The notes beneath the pieces are model-generated. The model worked only from the letters and a program-made list of their open reading frames with translations, ran no database searches and was not told the origin of the DNA. Shown in pieces: positions 9,658 to 20,418 of a stretch of 64,000 bases of DNA. Both the position numbers and the translations under genes were made by a program. The stretch is taken from the IMG/VR virus record IMGVR_UViG_3300042445_000748, positions 27,553 through 91,552 of that record; one strand, given 5' to 3'. This DNA comes from a virus. Numbering within the stretch: position 1 is the stretch's first letter; each line of letters opens with the position of its first letter.

Positions 9658-10657
9658 TAAGTTTTTTCTTAATCATATCTTGAAGATCAAGGTCCTCTCT
9701 TACTCTATCAATGAATCCTTCTCTACCCTGAACTTTTGTACCGTCTTCAAGTTGATACCACGCACCAGTTCTGTTAATTATACCTACAGACTCTGCTGTA
9801 TCTACAAGGTCACCTATGGCGTCTATACCAAGGCTGTCTCCTCTAAAGTAAAAATCATATTCACCAGATTGAAAACCTGGAGATGTTTTTGAAAATTGTA
9901 GTTCCCACTTTATCTTTCTTCCAATTTTTTCTTCTATCAACTTATCCCCAATTTGAATCTTTCCCTTGAGTGCTTGATTGTCTGACTCTGAAGAAAAAAG
10001 TTTAACAATGCAAGAAGAATAAAACTTTGTAGCCTGACCACCTGATGGTTGTTGACTGGTGTACATTGCATTAATATTATTTCTTGATTGAGAAATAAGT
10101 ACTAACAATGTTGGCTTTACTTTATTGTTTGCGTAATTTAACATTTTCCAAGCATTACTAAAGTCACGAGATTCGGCACCAATTTGTTTTGTATTTTCTA
10201 ATGCTTTCATTTCATCAGTATCTTTTTCAAAATAGATTGCAGGAAGCATTGATGTTATTGAATCAACAACAATCAAATCAACTCCAGCATTCATTAATCC
10301 AACACCTACATCAACCATATCGCTGATGGTTCTTGCCTGTGAATAAATAAGTTTTTCTGGATCAACACCAAGTGATTTAGCCCAATCCTCAGAGTATGAC
10401 ATTTCAGAATCAATCCAAGCACAAACCTTTCCTTCTTTTTGTGCAAGAGCAATCATCTGTAAACACATTGAAGATTTTGCAGAAGACTTACTTCCCCAAA
10501 TTAAAACCTGCCTACCATATGGAAGTCCTCCACCAAGTGCACGATTTAATCCAAAACTAGGTGTAGGTTGATATTCAAAATTTATTCCCACTCCATTACC
10601 AAGTCTTTTACGTAACTTAGGATCTAACTGTGCTAATACTTCTTCTACGCTAACCAT
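9650..10657 (-). CDS. recA: RecA/UvsX-like recombinase
   Basis: LNRALGGGLPYGR, variant Walker A GSKSSAKSS, IDSE, LIVVDSI, ISQSR, SGGQATKFYSS and GAWY. Confidence 0.92.
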   Translation of the reverse strand: MVSVEEVLAQLDPKLRKRLGNGVGINFEYQPTPSFGLNRALGGGLPYGRQVLIWGSKSSAKSSMCLQMIALAQKEGKVCAWIDSEMSYSEDWAKSLGVDPEKLIYSQARTISDMVDVGVGLMNAGVDLIVVDSITSMLPAIYFEKDTDEMKALENTKQIGAESRDFSNAWKMLNYANNKVKPTLLVLISQSRNNINAMYTSQQPSGGQATKFYSSCIVKLFSSESDNQALKGKIQIGDKLIEEKIGRKIKWELQFSKTSPGFQSGEYDFYFRGDSLGIDAIGDLVDTAESVGIINRTGAWYQLEDGTKVQGREGFIDRVREDLDLQDMIKKKLSV

Positions 10658-13600
10658 TGATATCCTCCAAGATTACGGTTCCGTCTTTTGTTTTGCCCAA
10701 AGTAAATTTATAGGCATGTCCTTCTTCTAATTTCATATAAGCCTGTGCAAATGATGTTGGAAATACCATAACTGAATGTAGGTCTCTTGATGTATCTGCC
10801 AAAGTTAGTGATGCCATTTTTTTGCCTGCTTTTGTTATTCTAGGTTTAAATGATACCACATACATCTCTTCATTTGTAAACGGTAATTGCTTATAGTTTA
10901 AAAACTTAACCAAGGCACTTGATGATCCTTTAATTTGATCAACTGGTATTGCAGAAAGAATTCTATTATCATTAACAAGAATCAAATATGTTTGTCCAGT
11001 TTCAATAGTTGTTTGTTCTTCATCAAATATTCCAACACTACCAGTTTTATCTAGCACTTCAACTCTAGACCAACCCTTACTTCTTTTAATACTTTTTACC
11101 ATGCCCATAATAACAAATGAACCCTTTTCATCATAATCTTCTATTTCTTTTATAAAGGCATGATAATGTGCGGGAAGACTAACATTAAATTCTGGTAAGT
11201 TTAAAACTTCATATAAGTTTTGACGAATGTCTTCATCGTTTCTGGGGTTATCAGAAAATGTAGCAGCACCAATAAGTTTCAGTGCATTAAGTGCTCTACT
11301 GTTTACACCATTACCTTTAGTAAAAGTAAACTCTTCTAACTCTTTATATGAATTAAATGGTCTGGCATCAATATACTTTTTAGCAATATTGTCAGATATA
11401 TACTTAATAGCAGAAAGGCCAAACCTAATTCCTTTACCTTCAATTTTAAAATCTATATCAGAGTCATTAATATGTGGTAACTTAACTGGAATACCCATTC
11501 TTTTTGCTTCAATTAAATATTCAGTACGAGTATCCTTATTGCTTTCATTTTTAAGCAAAGCAAACATAAACTCAAGTGGATAATAATACTTTAACCACGC
11601 TGTCCAATACGAGAGCGTAGAGTAAGCAACTGCATGAGACTTGTTGAACGAATATCCCGCATGTGCCTCAAAGTCATGCCAAAGATCACGAGCAACGTTA
11701 GGAGCAACATACTTAGAAGCACCCTCAACAAACTTTTCTTTAAAAACATCAAACTCCCTCGCATCTTTCTTTTTACCAATAATCTTTCTAACCTTATCTG
11801 CATCGGCCATTGTCATGCCACCAAGGTGCACGCAAGCCTGCATAACTTGTTCCTGATACAAAACACATCCATAAGTATCAGATGTAAATTCTTTCATTAC
11901 TTGATGCACATAAGATACATTTTGTTTACCATGCTTACGAGCCAAATAATCTTTACCAATAGTATTCATTGCACCTGGCCTAACTAGTGCGTTAGATGCA
12001 GCAAGTTCATTTAGATTTTTAACACCCATCTTAACCAATAAGTTTGTGTATGGTGTTGCTTCACATTGAAACACACCTTTTGTATATCCATCAGAAAGCA
12101 TTTCATAAACTTTAGGATCTTCCATATTAATTTTTAATGGATCTATATCTACATAATGATTTTCTTTAATCATACTTATAGCATCTTTAATAACACTTAA
12201 AGTTTTCAAACCAAGTGCATCTATTTTAATCAAACCAATTCTTTCGGCTTCTTCCATATCAATACCAACTACTGGAATTCTTTCATCGCTTCCAGGTGAT
12301 GACCTTGTTTCTAGTGGTGCATATCTAAAAATAGGATTCTTACTTGTTACAACACCTGCAGCATGAATACCAGTTCCACGAATTCTTCCACGTAGTTGTT
12401 CTCCATAAACTTGTACTTCTGGATATTTTTCTCTAAACCAATCTGTTGATCTTGAACTACAATATTCTTCCCATGTGTCTACTAACTTTAAAACTTTGTT
12501 AACATCTGACAAAGGAATATTTAAAACTCTTGATACGTCTCTAACAACACCTTTATCTTTAAATTGTAAAAATGTAGCAATAGATGCAACGTGTCTATAC
12601 TGTCTAACTAGATAATCCTTTACCTCATCACGACGTGAGTCTTGAATATCTGTATCAATATCTGGAAAATCATTACGTTCTGGATTAATAAATCTAAAGA
12701 AAAGTAAACCATGTTTAATTGGATCAATATCTGTAATATTTAAAGCATAGCATAAAAGTGATCCAGCAGAAGATCCTCGACCAGGACCAACCATGATTCC
12801 TTCTTTTTTAGCCCAGTTAATCATGCTTTGCACAACTAGAAAATATGGACCAAACTTTTTATCTTTAATTACCTTTAACTCATCATTAAGTCTTTCTACA
12901 TATACAGGATCTTCTAACAAACCTTTATCTTTTAAACCCTGCATTGCAATGTCTTTTAATTCTTTATCTGGGTTTCTATATTGAACTGGTAATAAGTCCA
13001 AGCCCTCTTGTAAGTCATAGTCTTCTACCTTATTGGCAATCTCTATAGTATTAGAGTATATGTCTTCTCTGAATATACCCTGCTTTTCCATGGCAGATTT
13101 AATTTCTTCGTAACTTAACAAATGTATGTCAAATTTATTAAATGTTATCTGTCTATCCTTACCGTACAGATAATCTAAACGCTCCATCATATCTTTATGC
13201 TTTTTAGACTTATCGTATGTATGATCTTTTTCTACTTTAGCATGTGTGTTTAACAGCAGTTTAAATTCTTGCACTTCTCTTTGTTCTTTGCAACTATGGT
13301 GACAGTCTGGGGTAACAACTACTTTTACACCAAATTCGTCAGCAAGAGCAATAAGTTGTTTGTTTATCTCAGCAGCATTATGTGGCATTACTTCAATATA
13401 ATAATCATCTTTAAAAGTATCTTTAAACCATTCAATGTATTTTTTTGCTACTGCAAATGCATTTTCTTCCAAGGCTTTAACAAGCACACTACTTGGACAA
13501 GCAGATGTAACTATAATACCTTCTGAATATTGTTTTAATATTTCAAAATCAAATCTTGGTTTTTTAAAATATCCTTCAGTCCAAGCGATTTCATTTATTT

Positions 13601-13922
13601 TATTTAAGTTTTCTAAACCAATCTTATTTTTAGCGAGAAGGACTATATGGTTATAGACTAAATCAAGTTGACCGTCTCTCTCAGACTTGTCTCTTGTATC
13701 AAATCTATCTTGACACATATAGCCCTCTACGCCAAGAATAGGCTTAACGTTCTTTGCTTTTGCACCTCGATACAGTTCTCTATGCCCAGATAAGGTTCCG
13801 TGATCTGTGATTGCAATTGCTTGCATACCCAAATCAACTGCACGGTCTATATATTCTTCTGGAGTAGCAACACCATCAAATAATGAATAGTGTGTGTGAA
13901 CGTGTAAGCCTACATAACTCAT
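10650..13922 (-). CDS. dnaE: DNA polymerase III alpha subunit (family C, PHP domain)
   Basis: LHVHTHYSLFDG, AITDHG, GPGRGSSAGS, FPDIDTD, GIHAAGVV, KIDALGL, YSFNKSHA. Confidence 0.97.
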   Translation of the reverse strand: MSYVGLHVHTHYSLFDGVATPEEYIDRAVDLGMQAIAITDHGTLSGHRELYRGAKAKNVKPILGVEGYMCQDRFDTRDKSERDGQLDLVYNHIVLLAKNKIGLENLNKINEIAWTEGYFKKPRFDFEILKQYSEGIIVTSACPSSVLVKALEENAFAVAKKYIEWFKDTFKDDYYIEVMPHNAAEINKQLIALADEFGVKVVVTPDCHHSCKEQREVQEFKLLLNTHAKVEKDHTYDKSKKHKDMMERLDYLYGKDRQITFNKFDIHLLSYEEIKSAMEKQGIFREDIYSNTIEIANKVEDYDLQEGLDLLPVQYRNPDKELKDIAMQGLKDKGLLEDPVYVERLNDELKVIKDKKFGPYFLVVQSMINWAKKEGIMVGPGRGSSAGSLLCYALNITDIDPIKHGLLFFRFINPERNDFPDIDTDIQDSRRDEVKDYLVRQYRHVASIATFLQFKDKGVVRDVSRVLNIPLSDVNKVLKLVDTWEEYCSSRSTDWFREKYPEVQVYGEQLRGRIRGTGIHAAGVVTSKNPIFRYAPLETRSSPGSDERIPVVGIDMEEAERIGLIKIDALGLKTLSVIKDAISMIKENHYVDIDPLKINMEDPKVYEMLSDGYTKGVFQCEATPYTNLLVKMGVKNLNELAASNALVRPGAMNTIGKDYLARKHGKQNVSYVHQVMKEFTSDTYGCVLYQEQVMQACVHLGGMTMADADKVRKIIGKKKDAREFDVFKEKFVEGASKYVAPNVARDLWHDFEAHAGYSFNKSHAVAYSTLSYWTAWLKYYYPLEFMFALLKNESNKDTRTEYLIEAKRMGIPVKLPHINDSDIDFKIEGKGIRFGLSAIKYISDNIAKKYIDARPFNSYKELEEFTFTKGNGVNSRALNALKLIGAATFSDNPRNDEDIRQNLYEVLNLPEFNVSLPAHYHAFIKEIEDYDEKGSFVIMGMVKSIKRSKGWSRVEVLDKTGSVGIFDEEQTTIETGQTYLILVNDNRILSAIPVDQIKGSSSALVKFLNYKQLPFTNEEMYVVSFKPRITKAGKKMASLTLADTSRDLHSVMVFPTSFAQAYMKLEEGHAYKFTLGKTKDGTVILEDING

Positions 13923-13925
13923 CTA

Positions 13926-14582
13926 TTACCAGTCAGTGTTTGTTGACGAAGTAGTAGATGGAGAATCAAACCCCAAGTAGAAAGCCTCTTGTTCTGCATA
14001 AGGAACTTTCTTAAGAGCCAATTCTAATGGATGAGGTTCAATACCTTCCCAATTAAACGGTTCTGTATCTGGAGCAGATGGAATAAGAGTGTAACTAGTT
14101 TCAGTTCCCTGACCGTTACGCTTTAACTTCCATGTAATATTTGAAATGCTTCCTGTTTCTAAAGCATATTCACGAATTGTATTGAAGGATGATTGCTTGC
14201 TTAGTCCCATAGACCAAATTGCAACATATGGTGCTTCAATGCCATCGTCTACAAGAACGTTGCAGTAGAAACGAAGACGGCCTCTCCAGCCAGCCTTTGG
14301 ATCTTTACGATGCATTTCTTCAGCCCAATCGCGGCCTTCTGTTTCCATTGTATCTACAGCACGACGCTTGTAGTCTTTTGGATTTACGTGTTCTCTAACA
14401 ACTAGTGCTAGTCCACGTTTTTCATTATAGTTAGCAGAATCTTCATCAAGTTCTTCAATGAATCTGATTTTTGCTGATTGACCATCTGCAAGTTTTAACC
14501 ACTTTACTTTTGATCCTGCACCTTCATATTTTGGTTTGTCGAGCAGGGCGTTGATATTTTTTAATCCCTTTACTACGCTCAT
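13926..14582 (-). CDS. Single-stranded DNA-binding protein (phage type)
   Basis: WLKLADG...KIRF, KRNGQGTETSY, C-terminal tail ending DW; lies between primase and polymerase. Confidence 0.7.
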   Translation of the reverse strand: MSVVKGLKNINALLDKPKYEGAGSKVKWLKLADGQSAKIRFIEELDEDSANYNEKRGLALVVREHVNPKDYKRRAVDTMETEGRDWAEEMHRKDPKAGWRGRLRFYCNVLVDDGIEAPYVAIWSMGLSKQSSFNTIREYALETGSISNITWKLKRNGQGTETSYTLIPSAPDTEPFNWEGIEPHPLELALKKVPYAEQEAFYLGFDSPSTTSSTNTDW

Positions 14583-14606
14583 TCGTTCTCCTTTGTTTGT
14601 TCTATT

Positions 14607-15551
14607 CTATTTTAGCATAGCGATTATAGAGTTGTCAAATCTAAATTCAAGTTTCTTTATAGATTCGTCATCCATGTCGCCAATATCTTTGTACTGCTTT
14701 TCTAACTTTATTACACCAACACGAGAGCCAAGTTTTTCCATAAGCCTGTCTTTCATGTTACTTCCTGCTTCATCATTGTCTGCAATAACAATAATATCAT
14801 TAAAGTATTTTTTAAGCAACTCTACCTGTTGACTAGATATTGTTGCCCCAAGTGTTGCAACTGCTGGAAATCCAACTTGATCTAATCTTATAACATCAAA
14901 AGAAGATTCTACCACATAAACTTTGTTAGCAGTCTTAACTCTATTAAGATTAAATAGTGTTTTAGACTTTGGCATACCTGGAGTGTTTTTAAATTCTTTT
15001 CCATCAATGGATCTTCCAACAAAACCTATCATCATCCCATCTGGTGAGTGAACTGGTATCGTTACCATATCTTGTTTTTCAGAATAGCCCAAACTAAACT
15101 TAATCATTGATTCTTTAGTTACTTTTCTTTTAGCATAATATTCTACGGCTCTAGACGATTCCAAAGCCTGATTATTTAATCTTTTAATTATTAACTCGTC
15201 AAACTGAACAAAGTCTGGTTTAACAAATAATTTTTTATTAATTTGCTTTTCAATATCTATATTTTGTTCTTTGTCTTTAATAAATCTCACGGATTCAAAA
15301 TATGTTCTACCTGTAATATGCATTACAAACTCAATTAAATCTGCTATTTTATTACAAGAGAAACAAAAAAACATTCCAGTGTTCATGTTAACTTCGCCTG
15401 CTGGAGTTCTATGATTATTATGAAACGGACAAAATACAATAAATTCAGAGCCTACTTGTGACTCAATGTTTAAACCTGATCCTTCAATGACTCTTTCGAT
15501 TTGTTCTTTCGTGTATATATTGGTGTTGCCTGACTTATTCCGTCTATCCAT
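14607..15551 (-). CDS. dnaG: DNA primase
   Basis: CPFH...CFSC zinc finger, IGFVGR, VVESSFD and TOPRIM IADNDEAG. Confidence 0.92.
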   Translation of the reverse strand: MDRRNKSGNTNIYTKEQIERVIEGSGLNIESQVGSEFIVFCPFHNNHRTPAGEVNMNTGMFFCFSCNKIADLIEFVMHITGRTYFESVRFIKDKEQNIDIEKQINKKLFVKPDFVQFDELIIKRLNNQALESSRAVEYYAKRKVTKESMIKFSLGYSEKQDMVTIPVHSPDGMMIGFVGRSIDGKEFKNTPGMPKSKTLFNLNRVKTANKVYVVESSFDVIRLDQVGFPAVATLGATISSQQVELLKKYFNDIIVIADNDEAGSNMKDRLMEKLGSRVGVIKLEKQYKDIGDMDDESIKKLEFRFDNSIIAMLK

Positions 15552-15796
15552 TCACTCTTTCTCTTTCCTACATATATTCCGTATATTGTTATTTCAAACT
15601 CAAAACTTTTTGTCTTTAGATTATAGTCTATCGTAAAGTCAGGTTCTATGTCAAATTTTGGCACATAACCAGATAGCCTCATCTCTGATACTAGCAGTTT
15701 TACATATTCAGATTTAAGCCTTTCAATGGCTGAATCATCGTGTATGGTTCCACTAAGGTTAAAGTTCTTGATAGGTTTATGATGATAATTGTCCAC
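15470..15796 (-). CDS. Hypothetical phage protein
   Basis: 108-aa ORF between helicase and primase; GTG start 5 nt after a TATAAT. Confidence 0.65.
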   Translation of the reverse strand: MDNYHHKPIKNFNLSGTIHDDSAIERLKSEYVKLLVSEMRLSGYVPKFDIEPDFTIDYNLKTKSFEFEITIYGIYVGKRKSEWIDGISQATPIYTRKNKSKESLKDQV

Positions 15797-15802
15797 ATAC
15801 TA

Positions 15803-17029
15803 TTATAACTGCTTATCTTCATAATCTTTGTATCTGTAATACCCTTTATCAAAGTCTACCTGAACAAGAAACTCACCCATAAATCCATTTCTATTCTTTC
15901 TGAAAGCACATTCGATAATGTCACTATTGGATGCACGACCAAGTGCCATTACCCAATCAGCATCATATGCAATCTGTCTAGACCATGCAGTTTGACCCAA
16001 TGTTGGGACACTGCTCAAATCGTTTACATCGTCTGGAGTTGCAGAAGATATTGCAATAATAGGAATCTCTTCACCAATAGCCATAAGTTTAAGTTCTCTT
16101 GAAAGGTTTTTCATTCGTACCGTTTCGTTGTCAGACCTTTGGTTTGGACTCATAAGTTGTAAATAATCAACAATAACAAAGTCTGGTTTATACTGATCTA
16201 TTTTTCCACGAAGTACTGATGGATTAATCTCTCCACCATTGTCATTTGAGATAATATGAAATTCTGGTTTCCCTGAAATTTTATTTGCATGCCACTTGTT
16301 AAACATGTCAAGTTCAATCTCACCCTTGCTTAATTTTCTGTGTGACCAAAGTCCTTCTCCCATGATCGTGTAGACACGATTTCTGACTTCTGCTTCACCC
16401 ATTTCTAAAGATATGATCAGTGGAGATTTGCCTTGTTTCCAGGCCTGTACGGCAAAATAAAGGGCTAACCAAGACTTACCTATACCTGGGTATGCAAGAA
16501 ACACTCCCAGTTGCCCTGGCATGATTCCTGACGGTAAGTAGTTATCAAACCCTGGAAGCCCAGTGGTAATTCCTACCAAACCAAGTTCTTGTTGTTTTTT
16601 AAGATTTTCAAAATATGCAATAGCAGACTGTAAGTCAGTGACATCAATATCACGTATTGCAGAAGTGTTCTTTTTTAATTCTGAAGTTTTTGTAATAAGA
16701 TTATTTAAGGCTTCTGTACCTTTGTTATCTGAAACATCAGATGCAGCAGATCTTAATATATCTTTAAGACTATCGTTTAAATATTCAATTTGTAATTCTT
16801 CTAAATGATGTTTTGTTGATCCTACATTTTCTACTGGCTTAAAGTCTCTAAATTTTTCTACGACAAGGGATACTGGTGGAACTGAGGAGTTTTGTTCAAA
16901 GTATATTCTAATAAAGTTCCAAATATCATTATGGGTTTTTAATAGATTGTCAACATTGTTTTGAAGCAGAACATGTAATTGCTTGTCTTGTAATACTGCA
17001 GAAATTACTTTTGCTTCAACATTATTCAC
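15803..17029 (-). CDS. dnaB: DnaB-like replicative helicase
   Basis: GITTG, AYPGIGKS Walker A, SLEM, VIVDYLQLM, IAYDAD, KNRNG. Confidence 0.95.
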   Translation of the reverse strand: MNNVEAKVISAVLQDKQLHVLLQNNVDNLLKTHNDIWNFIRIYFEQNSSVPPVSLVVEKFRDFKPVENVGSTKHHLEELQIEYLNDSLKDILRSAASDVSDNKGTEALNNLITKTSELKKNTSAIRDIDVTDLQSAIAYFENLKKQQELGLVGITTGLPGFDNYLPSGIMPGQLGVFLAYPGIGKSWLALYFAVQAWKQGKSPLIISLEMGEAEVRNRVYTIMGEGLWSHRKLSKGEIELDMFNKWHANKISGKPEFHIISNDNGGEINPSVLRGKIDQYKPDFVIVDYLQLMSPNQRSDNETVRMKNLSRELKLMAIGEEIPIIAISSATPDDVNDLSSVPTLGQTAWSRQIAYDADWVMALGRASNSDIIECAFRKNRNGFMGEFLVQVDFDKGYYRYKDYEDKQL

Positions 17030-17330
17030 TTAACCACTCCTTTGCTTTTTTTCGTCTTTCTAATCTTTCAAAGTTATCTTTTTCTTTATCTATTTTAGCA
17101 TTCCAAATTTTTTCAGCATTGTATGAAAAATAGTTCCAACTAGGACTTTGTGCTACCTTGAAATAATATTCAAGCAAATCATAGCATGTACCCAAACCGT
17201 ATGATTCTATAAGAGCATCAGCAGACCACTGCTCTGTCCATTTATTTATTGATGGCTGTTGCCCATACTTAACCTTATGGTGTTTAGCGTATGTTCCTAG
17301 CAAAGCCATTCGGTCTTTGCGTTCAGCCAC
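17022..17330 (-). CDS. Hypothetical protein (replication module)
   Basis: Overlaps the dnaB start; no motif recognised. Confidence 0.7.
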   Translation of the reverse strand: MAERKDRMALLGTYAKHHKVKYGQQPSINKWTEQWSADALIESYGLGTCYDLLEYYFKVAQSPSWNYFSYNAEKIWNAKIDKEKDNFERLERRKKAKEWLSE

Positions 17331-17545
17331 TAATCGATTATTTCTGCTTTTGCTTCGTTAATTTTTTCAGTAAGTTTACTTTCAACAAAACCATAAACTC
17401 TTTCAAATGCCTCGCTAGTAGTTTCTCCGTCTTTCTTAGAATCTACCACACCAAGATCTAATCTTAGTGATTGAAAATTTCCTAAATTTAATGTATAACC
17501 AAGAGTAATAGAAACCTTGGTATTATCGTTTTCTTGCATACCCAC
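17330..17545 (-). CDS. Hypothetical phage protein
   Basis: 71 aa, TLNLGNFQSLRLD; preceded by AAGGAG. Confidence 0.7.
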   Translation of the reverse strand: MGMQENDNTKVSITLGYTLNLGNFQSLRLDLGVVDSKKDGETTSEAFERVYGFVESKLTEKINEAKAEIID

Positions 17546-17554
17546 TCCTTATTG

Positions 17555-18100
17555 CTAGTTAATCGATTCGTTCCAAATTGGAATAAATCTACCGTCCTCT
17601 GTCTTCGTATATTTAAGTATACCATCACCCATTCTTCTAGTCAACTCTTGTGTACTAGGTGTAATGTCATTTGTAATTAAATTATCTTTTCTTGGTCTAC
17701 CTATATGGTACGAAGCAAGTATATCACGTATGTCTTTTACCTGTGACTCTGAGTAGTATGATCTTACTTGCCATCCTCGTGCCCCGCCTTTTTGTGATCC
17801 AGTAGGAAATGGTATAATCTCTCTTCTCATTAAAGAAGGCATATATTTTTTATGTCTATTTACTAATTCAGCCGTCTGTCTAACTGTATATGCACGCTCT
17901 CTTTTATTTTTAAAATCAGAAATTAAACAACTTTCAATTCTATCTTTATTAATATTATATACAGACATTATTCCATTAGATTTATTAAAGTGATGAATTC
18001 TTACCAAGTCGCCATTTAAAAACCAAACTTTTTTATTGCCAGGTATTACAGGGGCGAGATTGTATGCTTCGCTCTCAAGATTTCCTTTTCTAACAGCCAT
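17555..18100 (-). CDS. Putative DNA-binding (MerR/excisionase-like HTH) protein
   Basis: AYTVRQTAELVNRH...RSYYSESQV pattern. Start moved to the ATG at 18100, which follows AGGAGG. Confidence 0.55.
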   Translation of the reverse strand: MAVRKGNLESEAYNLAPVIPGNKKVWFLNGDLVRIHHFNKSNGIMSVYNINKDRIESCLISDFKNKRERAYTVRQTAELVNRHKKYMPSLMRREIIPFPTGSQKGGARGWQVRSYYSESQVKDIRDILASYHIGRPRKDNLITNDITPSTQELTRRMGDGILKYTKTEDGRFIPIWNESIN

Positions 18101-18237
18101 GATCCTCCTATGACGCTCTGTGGTGGGTTCATAAACTCTCTTGTCCCACAAGACATGCAATATAATTCTAGATGAAGACGTGAACTATAAAGTCTATCAA
18201 GAAACATTCTTCCTTTACATTTTTTACATTCTAACAT
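18046..18237 (-). CDS. Small zinc-ribbon protein
   Basis: CKKCKGRM...YCMSCG. Confidence 0.65.
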   Translation of the reverse strand: MLECKKCKGRMFLDRLYSSRLHLELYCMSCGTREFMNPPQSVIGGSWLLEKEILRAKHTISPL

Positions 18238-18677
18238 TAATTAGGAATTCCAAGTGCAATGATATTTATACCAATAGATACATTGCCACTTGTCTTAAAC
18301 TTTACAACTCCATCTACTTTTGACACTGTGATATTTTTTAAAACTACAGTAATGTCAGATCCAGCAGATGTGCCGTCTATGTTTATTGGGGTGGCCGTAA
18401 CAATTGGTGCATATTTAAATCCAGAATAACTTAAAGAAAATGATAGTTCGTTTCCAGCACTAACGGTACTGTTGTTTGCTACCTCTACGTACCCGCCAAC
18501 CATTCTCATCTCAGATGATTTGACATCCTGTCTTCCAGAAGAAATAGTATCTATTGTCATATATTTATTAAGTGATGGTGAAACTTGGGTAGATAGTGTA
18601 TTTAAAGTATCTGCTATTTGATATATATATCCAACATCAAGTGGTTGACCACGATTTGGGAGAGGTACTCTAGCCAT
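18237..18677 (-). CDS. Probable minor tail/structural protein
   Basis: Last gene of the tail block; beta-rich (FKYAPIVTATP...INIIALGIP). Confidence 0.5.
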   Translation of the reverse strand: MARVPLPNRGQPLDVGYIYQIADTLNTLSTQVSPSLNKYMTIDTISSGRQDVKSSEMRMVGGYVEVANNSTVSAGNELSFSLSYSGFKYAPIVTATPINIDGTSAGSDITVVLKNITVSKVDGVVKFKTSGNVSIGINIIALGIPN

Positions 18678-18695
18678 AGTTATTCCATTATACCA

Positions 18696-19241
18696 TTAAA
18701 GGGTTTGTTCACTACTAATTAGATATGTAGCAGCATCAAAAGCCTGTTTAACTTGTGTAATCTTTTGTACTCTAAACTTCATATGTGTTGGCCCTGTAGA
18801 TGGATATGTCATAGAGTATTGAGTACCCTGCGAAACTCCAACCCATGTCCAATTTCCGTATGTTCCACCTGTTTTCCACTGAACGTAAATATCAAAGTTT
18901 TTTATTGACGCTTGTTTTTCTTGTAATATTTTTTCTTCATTAGTTGGATTAGTTATTAAAAGTGCGGGCATAGTCCAAGAAATTTCTGCAAGATGTGCTA
19001 TATCATTTATAATAACATTATGAGTAATACTCGTTCCTGCAATATCTTCAATATCAAAACCAATTTCATCAAACGTACTTGTTGATCCTAGTTTGTGTAT
19101 TGGTGACCAATGTGAATACCTATTCTTATCTTCAGAAACAATTCTATATCTCATTTGATAAAATAGTTCATCATTATTTCCTATATAATTTGGTAAATCT
19201 TTTTTTAATATTCTAACTTTTTTTATATTTTGATCTACCAT
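18696..19241 (-). CDS. Probable minor tail protein (Ig/FN3-like)
   Basis: Tail block position; YRIVSEDKNRYSHWSP, ISWTMP. Confidence 0.5.
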   Translation of the reverse strand: MVDQNIKKVRILKKDLPNYIGNNDELFYQMRYRIVSEDKNRYSHWSPIHKLGSTSTFDEIGFDIEDIAGTSITHNVIINDIAHLAEISWTMPALLITNPTNEEKILQEKQASIKNFDIYVQWKTGGTYGNWTWVGVSQGTQYSMTYPSTGPTHMKFRVQKITQVKQAFDAATYLISSEQTL

Positions 19242-20404
19242 TATTCAACATCCATGGCAAACCTAAACTCTATGTAGTTGCTAGTATTAGGACTTTTTAC
19301 AATTGGTAATGAATCTATATTTCTTATAACTGTATAACCTGTTAAACCATATGCTGGATTTATATTGTTTTTGCTTTCAACTCTCAGGGCATCTAGTGCT
19401 ACATAGTAAGACCCATCTACAGTGTCAGCGGTTGATGCACCAGTTAAAACTTGAGAATATACCTTAATTGTGTCTACTGATTTCCATGGAAAACCTTGAG
19501 TTATATTAATATCCTTTAATGCTTTGTTAACAACAAAATATCTGTTTACATCAAAATCATAAGCAGAGTCATCATTAACATGATCAACTCTTGCTTCCAT
19601 TCTTGCATACGCACCAGGAGTATTAGATGCAGAAAACTCTACTAAAATTCGAGCAGCAATTTTTGATGTATTAATGTCTGGATCATTGCCATCTTTATTT
19701 AATACACTAAAAGCAAGTCTGAGTTCATCAGAAGTAGAATATTTTGAAAGGTTTGCAGATGTTCCAGATAACTGAATAAAATTACCAGCACCAACTAATG
19801 TTCCTGTTGATCCAGAAAATGTTGAGGAGTCTCCTCTCATTAAAACCATGTTGTTTAAAAATCTTGATCTTTCATTCTTTTCATACCTAGATGTATTTAA
19901 GAAAATAGTATTATCTGCATTAGTTTGAAAAATATCTAACTCTAAAGATGATCCGTTAACAATAAAATAATCTTTAATAACGTTTAGAATTAATGGGTCA
20001 TCCAATGGCTCTGCAACAATATTCAAGGTATTAGAACCATTGATACTCCAGTTTTCTGATTGAGTAAAGGATAGCAATGATTTGCTATCACTAGAGCCTA
20101 ATAATGGATTAAATCCTGCAGAGTATATTCCAACCTCAGTTATTTCGTATCTTTCTTCTGTTGGTAATTCTGCAGTAAGTACAATTTTTGATATACCGTC
20201 TTCATTTACTATACCCCTTGAAGAAACTGGTACTCTAAACATTTCAAAATCTAGTTCTGTCTTGTTTGAATAGTCTGGCTTTGTACCGCTAACGTATGGC
20301 TCTAAAGGCCTTGCACCGCAACCAACAGCGATATATGAAGCATATGAGGGAACTTGACCAAGTAGGTACTTCAATATTATATTTTTGCCAGTGCTAGTAA
20401 TCAC
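19241..20404 (-). CDS. Minor tail / baseplate protein
   Basis: N-terminus MITSTGKNII...YIAVGCG...ITEVGIYS typical of tail-collar/baseplate proteins. Confidence 0.6.
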   Translation of the reverse strand: MITSTGKNIILKYLLGQVPSYASYIAVGCGARPLEPYVSGTKPDYSNKTELDFEMFRVPVSSRGIVNEDGISKIVLTAELPTEERYEITEVGIYSAGFNPLLGSSDSKSLLSFTQSENWSINGSNTLNIVAEPLDDPLILNVIKDYFIVNGSSLELDIFQTNADNTIFLNTSRYEKNERSRFLNNMVLMRGDSSTFSGSTGTLVGAGNFIQLSGTSANLSKYSTSDELRLAFSVLNKDGNDPDINTSKIAARILVEFSASNTPGAYARMEARVDHVNDDSAYDFDVNRYFVVNKALKDINITQGFPWKSVDTIKVYSQVLTGASTADTVDGSYYVALDALRVESKNNINPAYGLTGYTVIRNIDSLPIVKSPNTSNYIEFRFAMDVE

Positions 20405-20418
20405 TTAAATCTCCTATA

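Noticed and set aside
10650-13922. Inteins or introns in dnaE, dnaB, recA, nrdJ or terL
   Set aside because: Lengths are normal and motifs are contiguous; no inserted Hint or homing endonuclease segments were seen.
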